A stretch of DNA of 64,000 nucleotides from Eledone cirrhosa (GCA_964016885.1 OZ024740.1:175150001-175214000), one strand, 5' to 3'; counted from the first letter of the stretch, positions 51,416 to 64,000 are shown. Program-made: numbers and translations. Notes: a model not told the origin generated them from the letters alone.

Positions 51416-51758
51416 TGGAGGCACATGGCTTAGTGGTTAGAGCATTGGCCTTGCAATCGAAAGGTTGTGAGTTCAATTCTCAGACCGGGTGATGTGTTGT
51501 TTCCTTGAGCAAGACACTTTATTTCACATTGCTCCAGTTTACTCAGCTGTAGAAATGAGATGATAGGGACTGAGGTCTTTATCATTCCACTGTAAAGTGG
51601 TCGTGCAGGTGCCATGGCAAAAAAGCACCCAGCACTCACTGTAAATGAGGTTGGTGTTAGGAAGGGCATCCAGCTGTAGAAATCGAGCCAGCATCAGTTC
51701 CCGTCCTACCCTTGCAAGCAGGGAAAAAGTGGACGTAAAATGAAATGATGAATGATGA
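51416..51758 (+). mobile_element. SINE family 1 (first of a tandem pair)
   Basis: Full length. Confidence 0.9.
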
Positions 51759-52101
51759 TGGAGGCACATGGCTTAGTGGTTAGAGCATTGGCCTTGCAAT
51801 CGAAAGGGTGTGAGTTCAATTCTCAGACCGGGTGATGTGTTGTTTCCTTGAGCAAGACACTTTATTTCAGATTGCTCCAGTTTACTCAGCTGTAGAAATG
51901 AGATGATAGGGACTGGGGTCCATATAATTCCACTGCAAAGTGGTCGTGCAGGTGTCACGGCAAAAAAGTACCCAGCACTCACTTTAAATGAGGTTGGTGT
52001 TAGGAAGGGCATCCAGCTGTAGAAATCAAGCCAGAATCAGTTCCCGTCCCACCCTTGCAAGCAGGGACAAAGCGGACGTAAAAATGAAATGATGATGATG
52101 A
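51759..52101 (+). mobile_element. SINE family 1 (second of a tandem pair)
   Basis: Starts immediately after the GAT tail of the first copy. Confidence 0.9.
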
Positions 52102-52174
52102 TATATATATTATATATATTATATATATATATTATATATATATATTATATATATATATATATATAATATATATA

Positions 52175-52206
<32 letters not shown>

Positions 52207-52292
52207 TATATTATATATATATTATATATATATTATATATATATTATATATATATTATATATATATATATATATTATATATATTATATATAT

Positions 52293-52469
52293 TTGGCAGT
52301 ATCGGTAGAGGGTCGGACATGCTTTCCAGCATAGTTACGTCCCTTTACGGACTGAGTTCAAATCCCGCCGAGGTTAATTTTGCCTTTCATCCTTACAGGG
52401 TCGATTAAATAAAGTACCAGTAATACACTGGGTAATTGCTGGCCTTGTGCCAAAAGAAGAAAAAATTAT
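52293..52469 (+). mobile_element. SINE family 2
   Basis: Same body as 49265-49443. Confidence 0.85.
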
Positions 52470-52488
52470 ATATGTTATATATATATAT

Positions 52489-53207
52489 TTCGTGCGGCCT
52501 CCAAACCCCACAGTGGTGCTTGGCTCCATGCCCTGCCCTCCTTCTCCACTGTCACGCAGCTAGACAACCATAGCCTGCGAATCAGCGTTTACCTGTGTCT
52601 CAGCCTCCGGATCTGAAAACCATACCAATGTCGCTGCGGTTCCACCGTGGACTCTTTCGGCCTCCACCCGCTTTCCTGTCACCACAGTGCCGGCCGCATT
52701 CCTCGCCATCCTGCCCTCAACAAGGTCATAAAGCATGGCTTAGACACTGCAGGCTTCTCTTCCCAGCTCGAGCCGATGGGGCTGGATCGAGGGGACGGCA
52801 AAAGGCCAGATGGCATGACCATTTTCCCGTTCCGCGGTGGAAAACCCCTCGTCTGGGATGCCACTTGCACAGACAATTTCGGCATCTGCAATATGGTGCA
52901 GTCTACAACTAACCCAGGTTCTGCTGCACGTCGGGCTGAGGAGGCCAATCTCCTCAAATACCGGTCGCTGGCCAGCCGCAGGTGTGAGCCCCGGGAGTTG
53001 GAGTGGCTTTTCCAGCGCGTCTCTCTTGCCGTCCTCTGGCGAAACGCCTTCTCCATTCTGTCCACTGGGGCTGTGTGTGGGCCCCGTCGCGTACCGTTGT
53101 AGTTGTTGTATACAGATATTAACTAATCAATCCCATTGATTATTAAGTTTCTCGTTTGCAGCTCAATAGTCGGACATTGGAAGTTCATGAATTTCCAATT
53201 ATTATTT
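52489..53207 (+). mobile_element. 3' fragment of an RLE-type (CRE-like) non-LTR retrotransposon
   Basis: SGAWLHALP, zinc knuckle CRCGSTVDSFGLHPLSC, RHPALN, restriction-like endonuclease motif GKRPDGMTIFPF..LVWDATC, AEEANLLKY, FQRVSLAV. (TA)n on both sides. Confidence 0.85.
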
Positions 53208-53255
53208 ATATATATATATATATATTATATATATTATATATATATATATATATTA

Positions 53256-53608
53256 TCATCATTCATTCATTTCATTTCATTTTATTTTACGTCCACTTTT
53301 CCCTGCTTGCAAGGGTGGGACGGGAACTAATTCTGGCTTGATTTCTACAGCTGGATGCCCTTCCTAACACCAACCTCATTTACAATGAGTGCTGGGTGCT
53401 TTTTTGCCGTGGCACCTCCACGACCACTTTGCAGTGGAATGATAAGGACCCCAGTTCCTATCATCTCATTTCTACAGCTGAGTAAGCTGGAGCAATGTGA
53501 AATAAAGTGTCTTGCTCAAGGAAACAACACATCACCCGGTCTGAGAATTGAACTCACAACCTTTCGATTGCAAGGCTAATGCTCTAACCACTAAGCTATG
53601 TGCCTCCA
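53256..53608 (-). mobile_element. SINE family 1
   Basis: Full-length reverse complement. Confidence 0.9.
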
Positions 53609-53644
53609 TATATATATATATTACATATATCATCATTATATATA

Positions 53645-54033
53645 TCATCATCATCATCGTTTAACGTCCATCTTCAACGCTAGAATGGGTTTCGATGGGA
53701 ATTTTGCCACTTGAGGCAAGATTGGTTGTCTTGCTCGTATAGGACTGTCTGGCCGGTTTTCTACGGCTATCCAGCCTTCATCACACCAACCACGTTTACA
53801 GTGTGGACTGGGAGGTTTTTACTGTTACCTACACGGCCACATTACAGTGTGGACTGTGTTTTTTGTCGTGACATCTACACGACCTCATTTATTTAGGACT
53901 GGATGTTGTGGTACCAACATAACTTTACATCGAAAGTGGTGGTGTGGATAGGGTGGGGGTAGCGAGACAGGGGTGTATTTTGGTAAGAGGTGCCTACTGA
54001 CTGTAGGTTTCGCTTTGCACTTAGGCAAGGCGG
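53645..54033 (-). mobile_element. PHD-RTE (A-related) 3'UTR copy
   Basis: Diverged match to the family-A 3'UTR; stops ~10 nt inside the ORF end. Confidence 0.85.
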
Positions 54034-54066
54034 ATATAGGTTTATATATATATATATATTATATAT

Positions 54067-54181
54067 GAGTTCAAATCCCGCCGAGGTTTACTTTGCTTTT
54101 CATCCTTACGGGGTCGATAAAATAAAGTACCAGCAATGCACTGGGTAATTGCTGGCCTTGTGCCTAAAGTAGAAACAATTA
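54067..54181 (+). mobile_element. SINE family 2, 5'-truncated
   Basis: Starts at gagttcaaatccc. Confidence 0.85.
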
Positions 54182-54185
54182 TATA

Positions 54186-54243
<58 letters not shown>

Positions 54244-54272
54244 ATATATATATATATTATATATATATATCT

Positions 54273-54668
54273 ATCATCATCATCATCGTTTAACGTCCAT
54301 GTTCCACGCTTGCATGGGTTTGGACGGGAGTTTTCCCACTTGAGGCAAGAGTGGTTGGCTTGCTCGCATAGGACTGTCTGGCGGGTTTTCTACAGCTGGA
54401 TGCCCTTCCTAATACCAACCACATTTACAGTGTGGGACTGGGAGGTTTTTACCGTGTTGCCTACATGGCCACATTACAGCGTGGACTGTGTGTTTTTTTG
54501 TTGTGACACCTACACGATCTCATTTGTTTCGGCCTGGATGTTGTGGCACCAACATAACTTTACATTGAAAGGGGCGGTGTGGATGGGGTGGGGGATATTT
54601 TGTTAGAGATGCCTACTGACTGTAGTAGGTTTTACTTTGTATTTAGGTAAGGCGTGTCTTCTCTATTA
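54273..54668 (-). mobile_element. PHD-RTE family A 3'UTR copy
   Basis: Near-identical to 36013-36425. Confidence 0.92.
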
Positions 54669-54708
54669 TATATATATTATATATATATATATTATATATA
54701 TATATATA

Positions 54709-54759
<51 letters not shown>

Positions 54760-54771
54760 ATATATATATAT

Positions 54772-55050
54772 GAAACTGAGGATGTCTGTGTGTGTGTGTG
54801 TGTGTGTGTGAGTTTGAATCCCTAAAAGTCGAGAAGCACCCAACCGACTGTTTTCAAACTTTACACATGTAATACTTATGTTTCAGGTAGTGTTCTGAGC
54901 AAAACAAATTTCAAATTTTCAATGCCACATTAGGCGATTTAGCAATCTCTCTCTATAATTCTTAGTCTTTTTCTTTTTAGTTAGATACAGACATATAACG
55001 TCGCGCCCTTATAATATCTGTCTGTATGTTTGGCTCTCTGCATTGCACTC
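54772..55050 (+). mobile_element. Helitron 5' part (same family as 21217-21790)
   Basis: aaactgaggatgtctg(tg)n agtttgaatccctaaa...ccaaccgactgttttcaaactttacacat matches the earlier copy. The element may continue to ~55610. Confidence 0.75.
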
Positions 55051-55678
55051 AGCGCGTCAATGTGTGGCTGTTAAACAGACCGCGAGCGCATTCTGATTCA
55101 TTATAAAGCCTGCCAGTGGAATCAACCGTAACACCCTCCTTCAAATGTCAGAGAACGCAGTCAAAGTAACTATTAAGGACTACAAGTGAACGCTGACGTA
55201 GCCCTTTTTAGGGCCACCACTTGAAATTGTTGATGGTTACTCCTCCTTACTGGGGTGTCAGTGAACGGCTTACACGGCACTTTTAAGGGCCCTTGCAACA
55301 GCTGATGGCGACCCTTTCGTATAGGGCTGCCAGTGAACGCGCACATGCCTCGAGGCCCATTTTATATTGCACCATTCCTCTTTAAATTTGTTAAATTATA
55401 CACACAGTTTGGTAAACGTTTCTGCAGTTGCATTTACTTACTAAGGGGCTGTGGACTCCTTTGAGAAGGCTCCACATGCTGTCCGATTGCACGTCGTGCC
55501 TTGCTCAAGCATTGCAGACTTCCCTCTGACATAAGTGGTGACATCTATCCTGCTGACTCATGCCACTTTATTAAAGTACAAAAGCACCAAGCCGATTTTC
55601 TCCACGTGGTATTTGGTTTATTTTCTTTTATATATTATATATATATATATTATATATATATATTTTATATTATATATA

Positions 55679-55716
<38 letters not shown>

Positions 55717-55794
55717 GTATATATATTATCCAGGGATAACTTGAACTGTTAAGGTATATTATCCTTGGTTATGTCAAATATTTATAAAACATTT

Positions 55795-55860
55795 TGTATT
55801 TTATCTGATGATAGCGTACCAAAATTTTGGTATCCTTGAAATATATATAATATAATAAAT
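55795..55860 (+). ncRNA. Degenerate hammerhead-like motif
   Basis: CTGATGA (55805), palindromic taccaaaattttggta stem, GAAA-T-ATAT-A-TA. The stem II closing pair is non-canonical. Confidence 0.35.
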
Positions 55861-56025
55861 ATGGTTTTATAAATATAGTTTCCATTTATTTAATATCAAT
55901 ATATATTATACTCCAGAAAACTGTTGAGTGCTCTAAATCAGTTAGAAACATTTATATTTGTTGAATTACCAAAAAATTGAATATCCCTTCTGCTTATATA
56001 TATATTATATATATATATTATATAT

Positions 56026-56400
56026 GGTGGATTGGCAGTATCGGTAGAGGCTCGGACGCCATGCTTTGACGCAAAGAGTTATGGCCCTTTCCATTCTGAG
56101 TTCAAATCCCGCCAAGGTTGACTTTGCCTTTCATCCTTACGGGTCGATAAAATATAGTACCAGTAATGCACTGGATAATTGCTGGCCTTGTGCCAAAAGT
56201 AGAAACAATTATATATATACATATGCAGTATCGGTAGAGAGTCGGACGCCATGCTTTCCAGCATAGTTACGTCCCTTTACGATCTGAGTTCAAATCTCGC
56301 CGAGGTTGACTTTGCCTTTCATCCTTACGGGGTCGATAAAATAAAGTACCAGTAATACACTGGGTAATTGCTGGCCTTGTGCCTAAAGTAGAAACAATTA
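56026..56400 (+). mobile_element. Two tandem SINE family 2 copies (56026-56211, 56225-56400)
   Basis: Both have the B-box, central domain and tagaaacaatta end. Confidence 0.88.
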
Positions 56401-56409
56401 TATATATTA

Positions 56410-57812
56410 TATCATCATCATCATCATCATCATCATTTTATGTCCGCTTTTCCCTGCTTGCAAGGGTGGGACGGGTCTTATTAAGCACCACATCTCTCCA
56501 CTCGTCATGGTCCTTCGTCATCTCCATCGTGAGCTTCAACTACCTCCGTCCATGTTTTTCGTAGTCTTTCTTCAACTGGCATTTCCTGGCACTTCTTCAC
56601 CCATCGGTCATCCTCATTGCGCATCACATGTCCATACCACCTCAGTCTCCTCTCCCGTACACTACATTCTATCCCTCTCAGACACAGTTTCTCTCTCAAC
56701 ACATTCATGCTGGGTCATTCACGCACATTTACACTGCACATCCAACAGAGCATGCTTGCCTCATTTTTTTCCAGCCGTCGCATATCCTCTGCAGTTGCTG
56801 CCCATGTCTCACTACCAAGCAGCATCGTGCTCCTCACACAGGCATCATACAACAGGCCTTTCGTACGCAGGGAGAAACCCTTCTTCATCAGCAGAGGAAG
56901 CAGCTCCCTAAACTTCTTCCAACCCGTCCTTTTTCTAGATACTATTGCCTCAGAACACCCTCCTCCCATGCTAATCTGATCTCTTAGGTACCGGAAGCTA
57001 TCCACCACTTCTATAGCACCCTCCTGCATTTGAAAAATGTGTCTATCAATGCGACTTCTACTGTCTAATTTCCCTGTACATCTACTGCATACATATTTCT
57101 CCCTACCTGTTAGTTTGCCTGCTATCCCGATACATCTCTTGTGAACCCAGGATCTGCATTGTGTGCATTTTATAGAATTTATGCCAGTTCCTTTTCTGCA
57201 TATTGAACATGGCCATTTCCCTGAAGGAATCAGAGTTTTGTCCTCTTTTCTACTCATCAACACTTTTGTCTTAGCTAGGTTCACTCTCAGTCCTCTTGCT
57301 GTTTCCATAGCCAGAATTTATTCTCTAGCTCCTCTACTGATTCTGTTATAAGAACCAGATTGCCAGGAACAAGACCAAACTGCATTTCATCTAGTTTGAC
57401 CCTTTCTCTAATTAGTTGTGCTAATATCCTTTCTGCCACTTTCATAACCTGATCCATCAATTTTATACCCCTATAGTTGCTCCTCTCCAGAGCATCTCCT
57501 TTACCTTTGTAGCAATTTATGAGAATACTACTGCACCACTCTTTGGGTATTGACACCACCATATATTGCCTGATTGATGATGCGTGCAACCAGTTTAGTG
57601 ACTACGTCCCCTGATGCCTTCAGCATCTCAGCAACTATTCCCGATGGTCCAGCAGCCTTACCATTTTTCTTTTCTTTAATCGCCTCTTGGACCCTATATT
57701 CGTCAATCTCAATAGCTGATCCCTCTGTCGAATCTACTAAGGGTAATTTCTCTCTCCCATTCGTTCTCCACATTCATCAGTCTCTAATAATGACATTTCC
57801 AGGCCTCCTTTT
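56410..57812 (-). mobile_element. PHD-RTE family C, 5'-truncated with internal deletion of the RT core
   Basis: Near-identical to 16861-17850. EMQFGLVPG is joined directly to LVLITESVEEL at ~57360. Confidence 0.93.
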
Positions 57813-57834
57813 TTTATATATTATATATATATAT

Positions 57835-57970
57835 AGGAGATAGCCGTCGAAACGGCTTGAGCTCTGCCGTCAGGGTCATACTTTCTCCTATTACCCACTC
57901 TACTACCCTAAGTATTGAGTACTCTGGTGCGATATGGCCCATCTGGTTCCTTACCACAACTCTTTCGTTA
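57835..57970 (+). mobile_element. Hairpin-ended short repeat (third copy)
   Basis: gtcgaaacggcttgagctc..ctattacccactctactaccctaagtattgagtac core. Confidence 0.65.
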
Positions 57971-57971
57971 T

Positions 57972-58030
<59 letters not shown>

Positions 58031-58039
58031 TATACATAC

Positions 58040-58354
58040 GTGAAAGTGTATAGTTTAGTGGTTAGAGTGTTCGATTCTTGGACTTGGCTTTACGTTGTGT
58101 TCTTGAGGAAACCACTTTATTTCAACTTGTTCCAGTTCACTCAGCTGTAAAAATAAGTTGAGACGTCACTGGTGCTAGGTTGTATCGGCCTCTTCATTTT
58201 CCTTGGAAAGCATCGGCGGCGTGGAGTGTAGTGACTGGTATGCATGGACGCCTGCTGGTATACCACAAACAACCTTGTCCGGACTTGTATCTCGAAGGGG
58301 AACTTTCTAGGTTCAAATCCCATGGCCCCTCGTGACGGAAGGGGGTCTTTACCC
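58040..58354 (+). mobile_element. Older tRNA/CORE-like SINE with a different 3' tail
   Basis: tagtttagtggttagagtg head; body ttcttgaggaaaccactttatttca..ccagttcactcagctgtaaaaataag like family 1; unrelated tail ending gggggtctttaccc. Confidence 0.7.
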
Positions 58355-58600
58355 ATATAATATATATAACATATATATAGAGATATTATAAATCTCAGGC
58401 ACTCTATTGTTCAATGTATCCTTTTTATGATGAGGGTAATTTTGCAGCTATTTCTAGCAGATCGATTACGTCGTAGTGTACTTGCTTTATCGGTCTAATA
58501 CCTCAGAGTCAATATTGATAGATCGAAATTCTTGATCAAAATCCTTCGAGCCGAGACCATTTTATGGGTATATATACATATATCCACAATAGTTTTTGTC

Positions 58601-58710
58601 GCATCGTCAGTCTGAAGAGCAGATCGATAATGGAGTCAGCTCCATAACTCCTATGAGTGACCCTGACCCTGAGCCAATCCTCTGCGAAACGCGCGTAAGA
58701 GGTCGATACA
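58601..58710 (+). ncRNA. Penelope-type minimal hammerhead ribozyme motif
   Basis: CTGAAGA (58612), stem II GCAGA/TCTGC, GAAAC-GCGC-GTA (58686-58697) with palindromic loop III. Stem I is only partly paired. Confidence 0.65.
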
Positions 58711-58766
58711 CACTAAAAATCTAATACATTTAAACGAACCTTCGTTTATATATATATATATATATA

Positions 58767-59155
58767 TGACTCCATTAACTAATGTATATGTCCCTTTTTA
58801 AAATAGTAGTGTATGTGATATGAGGGCAATGTACTCGGTATATCTGCTGTATTGCAAAATAATTGTTTCTACTTTTTGGCACAAGGCCAGCAAATACCCA
58901 GCGCATTACTGGTACTTTATTTTTATCGACCCCGTAAGGATGAAAGGCAAAGTTAACCTCGGCGGGATTAACTTTGCCTCATCCTTACGGGGTCGATAAA
59001 AATAAAGTACCAGTAATGCGCTGGGTATTTGCTGGCCTTGTGCCAAAAAGTAGAAACAATTATTTTGCAATACAGCAGATATACCGAGTACATTGCCCTC
59101 ATATCACATACACTACTATTTTAAAAAGGGACATATACATTAGTTAATGGAGTCA
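58767..59155. repeat. 389-bp fold-back palindrome centred in a truncated SINE family 2 copy
   Basis: ~190-bp arms identical except a 2-nt indel; 11-nt loop cctcggcggga at 58957-58967. Confidence 0.95.
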
Positions 59156-59984
59156 CAAAATAATGAAAGTAATGTGTAATCATTCAATAATGAAAACATT
59201 TGTGAAGTACTTTCACGATTTCTATTCGAATGGAGAAAGTTTCCCACTATTTCTATTCAAATGATGAACAGCGACATAAATACGTGTATAACTACTTTTG
59301 CATTTGGAAATTAAAACAGCGGAATTCCAAATTTTACGATTTCTAAGTATGTTTTCTGGTTGTTATCAATTCATACAATGATCAGGTACATAAATATTAA
59401 GTGCATAAATGTTTCGTTAGCATTTGAAGTGACTAAAATATATTTTGTTTACATGGTTTCAGTCTAAAAAAAAATACATTTCAAAGTAAAAAAATAAATA
59501 CAATATTAATTATTTTATGATTGAATACATATTGCATTCTGCTGTAGAATCGCTATTTCTGAAGAAGGTCGAGAGAGTACGTAGGGCTTCGTCGTTGGCA
59601 ACCTGTGAATGCCTCGTTGATGTTCTATGCATGGTGTATAATAATGTGTATGCAAAATCGTCGTGGAACAGATATGTACATTATGCACTCTAAGAGTTAA
59701 ACAAATAATCCATTAATATAACGAGACCAGAAGAAAAAAATCAGACTTTAGACTAATTTTATGCCTTTGGATTTTTGTTTCAGTTTTATTTTAAAACATT
59801 CAATAAAACCGGTGTTTTTTCACGTACATGTATGTTATATTTTCCCAAGCCAAAATTGACTTTTTCTCAGTTAGCACACCCACCTAGTAAGGGAGCTGTT
59901 ATGTTTACAAGATTATATTTAGCCGTCCGATACTTTTGTCTTCTCGTTCCATTCTAACCAGGTGTTGTAATTTAACTACTTATT

Positions 59985-60525
59985 CTTCATACCCCAGATC
60001 AGCCCTGATCAAGCAGACCTCTATGATCAAACGTGCTCTAATTGTGACCATCACATTGTATTTATCTTGTCCTATATTACCCAACGTGCCCGTCCATTTT
60101 AGAAGCTGGCAAAATGGGTGGTTTGAGGGAGGTTTAGCTGCTGCTTCTAGCAAGTCGGGCGACTACATAGAGGATTTCTCGTTTACTCGGCCAAATACTT
60201 CTAATCAACTACAATGCCCACCAACTATAAATGTGTTGCTTTTGTCACTACTAGAAATTGGTATTATTATAATGTAAACTATCGTGTGTGGATAAATTAA
60301 GTCCTATCAATTATAGAGAGTGCATACGTTAAAAGTAGTTAGTTGTTGCTTAAGCCCGATCGAGCATACCTGTGATCAAAAGCGTTCCAGTAGTGGCCTC
60401 ACGTCATCTTTCTAGTCACAATGAACAGGACTACATTATTCAATGAACAACGGTCGAGCATGATTTGGGGAACATTTGGCTGCTGTTTCTAACAGGTTGA
60501 GCAACCACATAGAGTCTCTCCTTCG
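59985..60525. repeat. Two diverged copies of an old interspersed repeat (related pieces at ~46040, ~58430 and, inverted, ~61450-61640)
   Basis: Shared motifs gatc(a/g)agca(g/t)acc..tgatcaaa and ttt(a/g)gctgctg(c/t)ttcta(g/a)ca..g.c.ac.acatagag. Confidence 0.5.
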
Positions 60526-63500
60526 GTAGCTCATATTATATTAGTTTATGGGTTACGTTTTATTTTGTGTATTTTAATATTTATTTATCTGTGTTCGCCT
60601 ATCTACTATATATATATAATTCTATCTGCCCAACCATCTATACACCCATGCCTATTTTATCTATCTACACCCGTCTGTCCAATTATGTCTGCTGTTAACC
60701 AGCACATTATATAGTTAGCTCATGATGTATCTGGTGTGCTCATCAGTCTTGTCTGCCCATAACGTAAGCTCCTCTGCCCACAAGTCTATTTAGCTATCAA
60801 TCTTAAATCTATCTTGTGGCGAGTTTTAATAGGATATAGCAAACAATATTTCGTTGTGTAGGTGTAGTAAGGCATCTTCAATGCGTGTTTTAAAATATTT
60901 TTATGAGTTATTGACTCTGCTAAACGTATTGAGGCATATGAGAAATATGAAGAATTACAGAAAGATCACGGTAAGTGGTGGATAAAAATAAAGAAAATGA
61001 GGAAAGAGAAAGCTCACCGGTTTCAATGATATTCCTTTAAAAAGAAAAATAAATAAAAGTTAAAATAAAAGCATAATCTTAAATCTTTTATTTATTTACT
61101 TTCAAAATACACTGTTTCACGTTCAAAACATTTTAAAGAGATAGAAAAGAGTAAAAGAAAGAAAAAAAAACAACTATATTTTACTTGAATTAGACAAAAA
61201 GCAAAATTTACAGACTGTCCTCAATTTAATTTAAGGTTTTAATTGATGGGACATTAATAACAACAGAAACTACACTATAAATAATGCAAAGTAAACAAAC
61301 GAGAAAGAGGGACCATATTGTTGACATAATGTCGTTTCCCGCCACATACGCACACACCTATGTACATGGTGGTGTTCTATGAATTTACGTAATACAACAA
61401 TGTCATTTACTAATAAGTTTTAAACACGCATATAAACCACACGCATGAATCGCTGAAGGGAGCAGCTTCTTACGTGGTCGCTGGACCTTACCAGAAATAG
61501 CAGCCCAAAACTCTCTTTCAAACCACACACACGTTTCGTAAAATGGAAAATGTCAGAATGTGGTCCTATAAAAACTACGTCTGAAAAATAAAAACGATAT
61601 GGTCACGACTGCAACGCTTTTCATCACAGATCCTGCTTGATAACGATTAATATATATTAACGATTGTATACATGTGGCTAAAAAGCAACAATATATACAC
61701 AATAGGAAGCAAAAAGGAATAATTAAGTTTGTTTAGGTTTCGAAACTTAAAAGTACAGTTTATATATGTATATAATGAAAAAATATTTCCGGTAAATAAA
61801 TTTTTGTTAACAATTAATTTAATAAAAAATGTAACATACTTCCGAATCACTCGTGTGTGTAAAGTTGATTACGGCAAACATAGAAGAATCATTGATACGC
61901 TATGTTTATTTTTTATTTTCATTTGAAAAACGTATTCCGTGAGTGGTAAAAATAAGTAAACTTACTGGCAATTATTCATTCATTCATTCATTCTTTCATT
62001 CATTCTTTCCTTGTTATTAATTTCTTGGTTGAGAAATCCACAAAAGAAATATATCGAAGTAACGTGTCGTATATTATTATAAACTTCAACAATAACAACA
62101 ATAGCTGTTACAAAACAAAGATGTACCTACCAGAAGATTGAAAATATATATATTTTCTGTAGTAAAAATGTTTTCGTAACAAATATTACTGCCAACTGTT
62201 GCGTAATCATTTGGTTTTACTTCCTCGTCCATCGAAAAAGCAATAACAAAAAACGTTCGAGATTTTTTTAATGAATTCGAATGATTTTTTTCCTTTGAAA
62301 ACTAGTTGTTATAAAAAATAATACAACTCCTCGTAGGATATTACATTTTTAAAAACTCCAACAAAGCTGTGAGCGTTTGCTTGTAGCCACAACTTAAGGC
62401 TAACTCGTCTTGGTTAATAAAAATCAATTGAAAATATCCCATAAGAAATATGTCATTTAAAAAAATCTATATAATATATATTAACTACCACTACTACCAC
62501 AAACAATGCAAACAAGGAAATTAATTGAAATACTTTATTAATGACTTATAATTTTTTAAAGCCAATTAAACAATTAACTAATTCCTCGAATCCAAATTAG
62601 TCATTAAGCTTCAGGATGAAAAAGATCCGAACGGAATAATGTGTTCTCAAAGTATCTTTTCTTTACAGACCATCACTAACTGAATGCATGATGCACACAC
62701 ATTTCCCCATGTCACTATATATATATTATACATCCTATATATCATAACTATAGTTTAGTGTCCTCACCCCACCCCTCTATTGCGCGTATCCCGACTGTTT
62801 CCTTATAACTTTCTTAATAATGCGTATTTTAAAATGAAATTTTGCAAGGATACCTTTTCGAAAGTATAGATTACGATTATATTGATGGAAATTAAAAAAT
62901 AAAATAGATTTTAACTATTGTATTGATGCCTTCATTTACTGGATACTTTCGATCTGTACATGCAGAGCGAAAAAGAGGCATACATACCGCTATATGGAGG
63001 AAAAGGCACACACACGTACCTATATGCATTTTATATATATATATATATATATATGAGCGAGAGATAAAAAGAAAGAGCGGTATAGCTGTATATAATACAA
63101 GCACATGGTTAAGTGTTCAGTTCATCAGCTGTTGCTACTCATTCCAGTTAGTGAATAAATAGTATGCTACAGTATATAATGATATATATATGCGTAATAT
63201 GTAGTGTGTGTACTTTATTAGATGAATAACTTTATATTTTTCTAAGTGTGTGCGCGTCTAAGTTCGTGTGTGTGTGTACAATACATGTAATTACTGTATA
63301 TATTAGCCTGAGTCGATTATAAAATGTAGGCGTGTGCACAACACCCGCAAGGGTAAGTCTGTTACGCTAGTTTATTAGTCTTCGGCCATAGCATGTTTCA
63401 TGAAGAGTCTGACAAAGTTGTAAGTAAACGAATACGGAATAAACTCTATACAAACAAAACGGAGATGGCACAGGAAAGAACGATGATGGTAAACAGAGAA

Positions 63501-63881
63501 AACAATAGCGATGGTGATGGTGATGATGATGATGACGACAGCGATTAATAAACACAAGCAACAATGTTCGATAGAAGATGAAAAGAAAAGAAAAATCAAC
63601 GCTTAAATAATAGTTTATAGTGTATTTTGACTGCGGAAATTAGAAGAAAAAAACTACGTCAGCGAATGAATAGTTTTCTCATGACTAATTAGGGCTACGA
63701 GAATATATACAGATATTATATAAACGAAATGCTTTATAACTATTTTAATGTCGCTAATCAGTAATTTAACGACTGAACATTAGGCTCGTTGACCATTCGT
63801 TTGCTGACATTAAATTTCTGTCCACAGTGAAAAATACAGAAAATCAAATTTGTTTGTTTTTTTCAATTCTGTCAGTGTGTG

Positions 63882-63913
<32 letters not shown>

Positions 63914-64000
63914 CTCCCGTAACAGTTTAATAGCCGCAGTTCAAATTCACGATAATCAGAAAAATGGTGTTGACTGTGTGGGGTGGTGAGAGAGTTGTTG

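Noticed and set aside
59160-64000. Host gene or promoter in the terminal AT-rich region
   Set aside because: Only short ORFs, old repeat scraps and simple repeats; nothing supportable.

Overview
Eukaryotic, AT-rich, almost entirely repeat-derived DNA. The SINE families resemble those I know from octopus/coleoid cephalopods (inference only). No host gene can be supported. The window is dominated by RTE-clade LINEs, which I label A, A', B, C and one old decayed copy. All carry a C4HC3 PHD finger inserted inside the reverse transcriptase between motifs 6 and 7. The young copies mostly end in a covarying stem-loop plus (GAT)n tail and sit in (TA)n microsatellites. One copy (27451-35404) has an intact ~1077-aa APE-RT ORF. 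Upstream of it is a 4.1-kb two-level tandem array (17 x 202-bp monomers in 3 higher-order units); the first two units end in poly-C plus a TATA-like box, which suggests a self-renewing tandem promoter. It lies head-to-head with a full-length sister element that has a different, non-homologous 5' repeat. The same (TA)n tracts also hold a chimeric tRNA/CORE-like SINE with a tail stitched from two RTE families, a second SINE family, a CRE-like RLE retroelement fragment, Helitron pieces, Penelope-like fragments with minimal hammerhead motifs, and several fold-back palindromes. A decayed CR1-like LINE contains a nested PHD-less RTE with an 11-bp TSD. Old mariner, hAT and piggyBac relics lie in the first 13 kb. 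Most ORFs in the supplied track are microsatellite, tandem-repeat or antisense artefacts.
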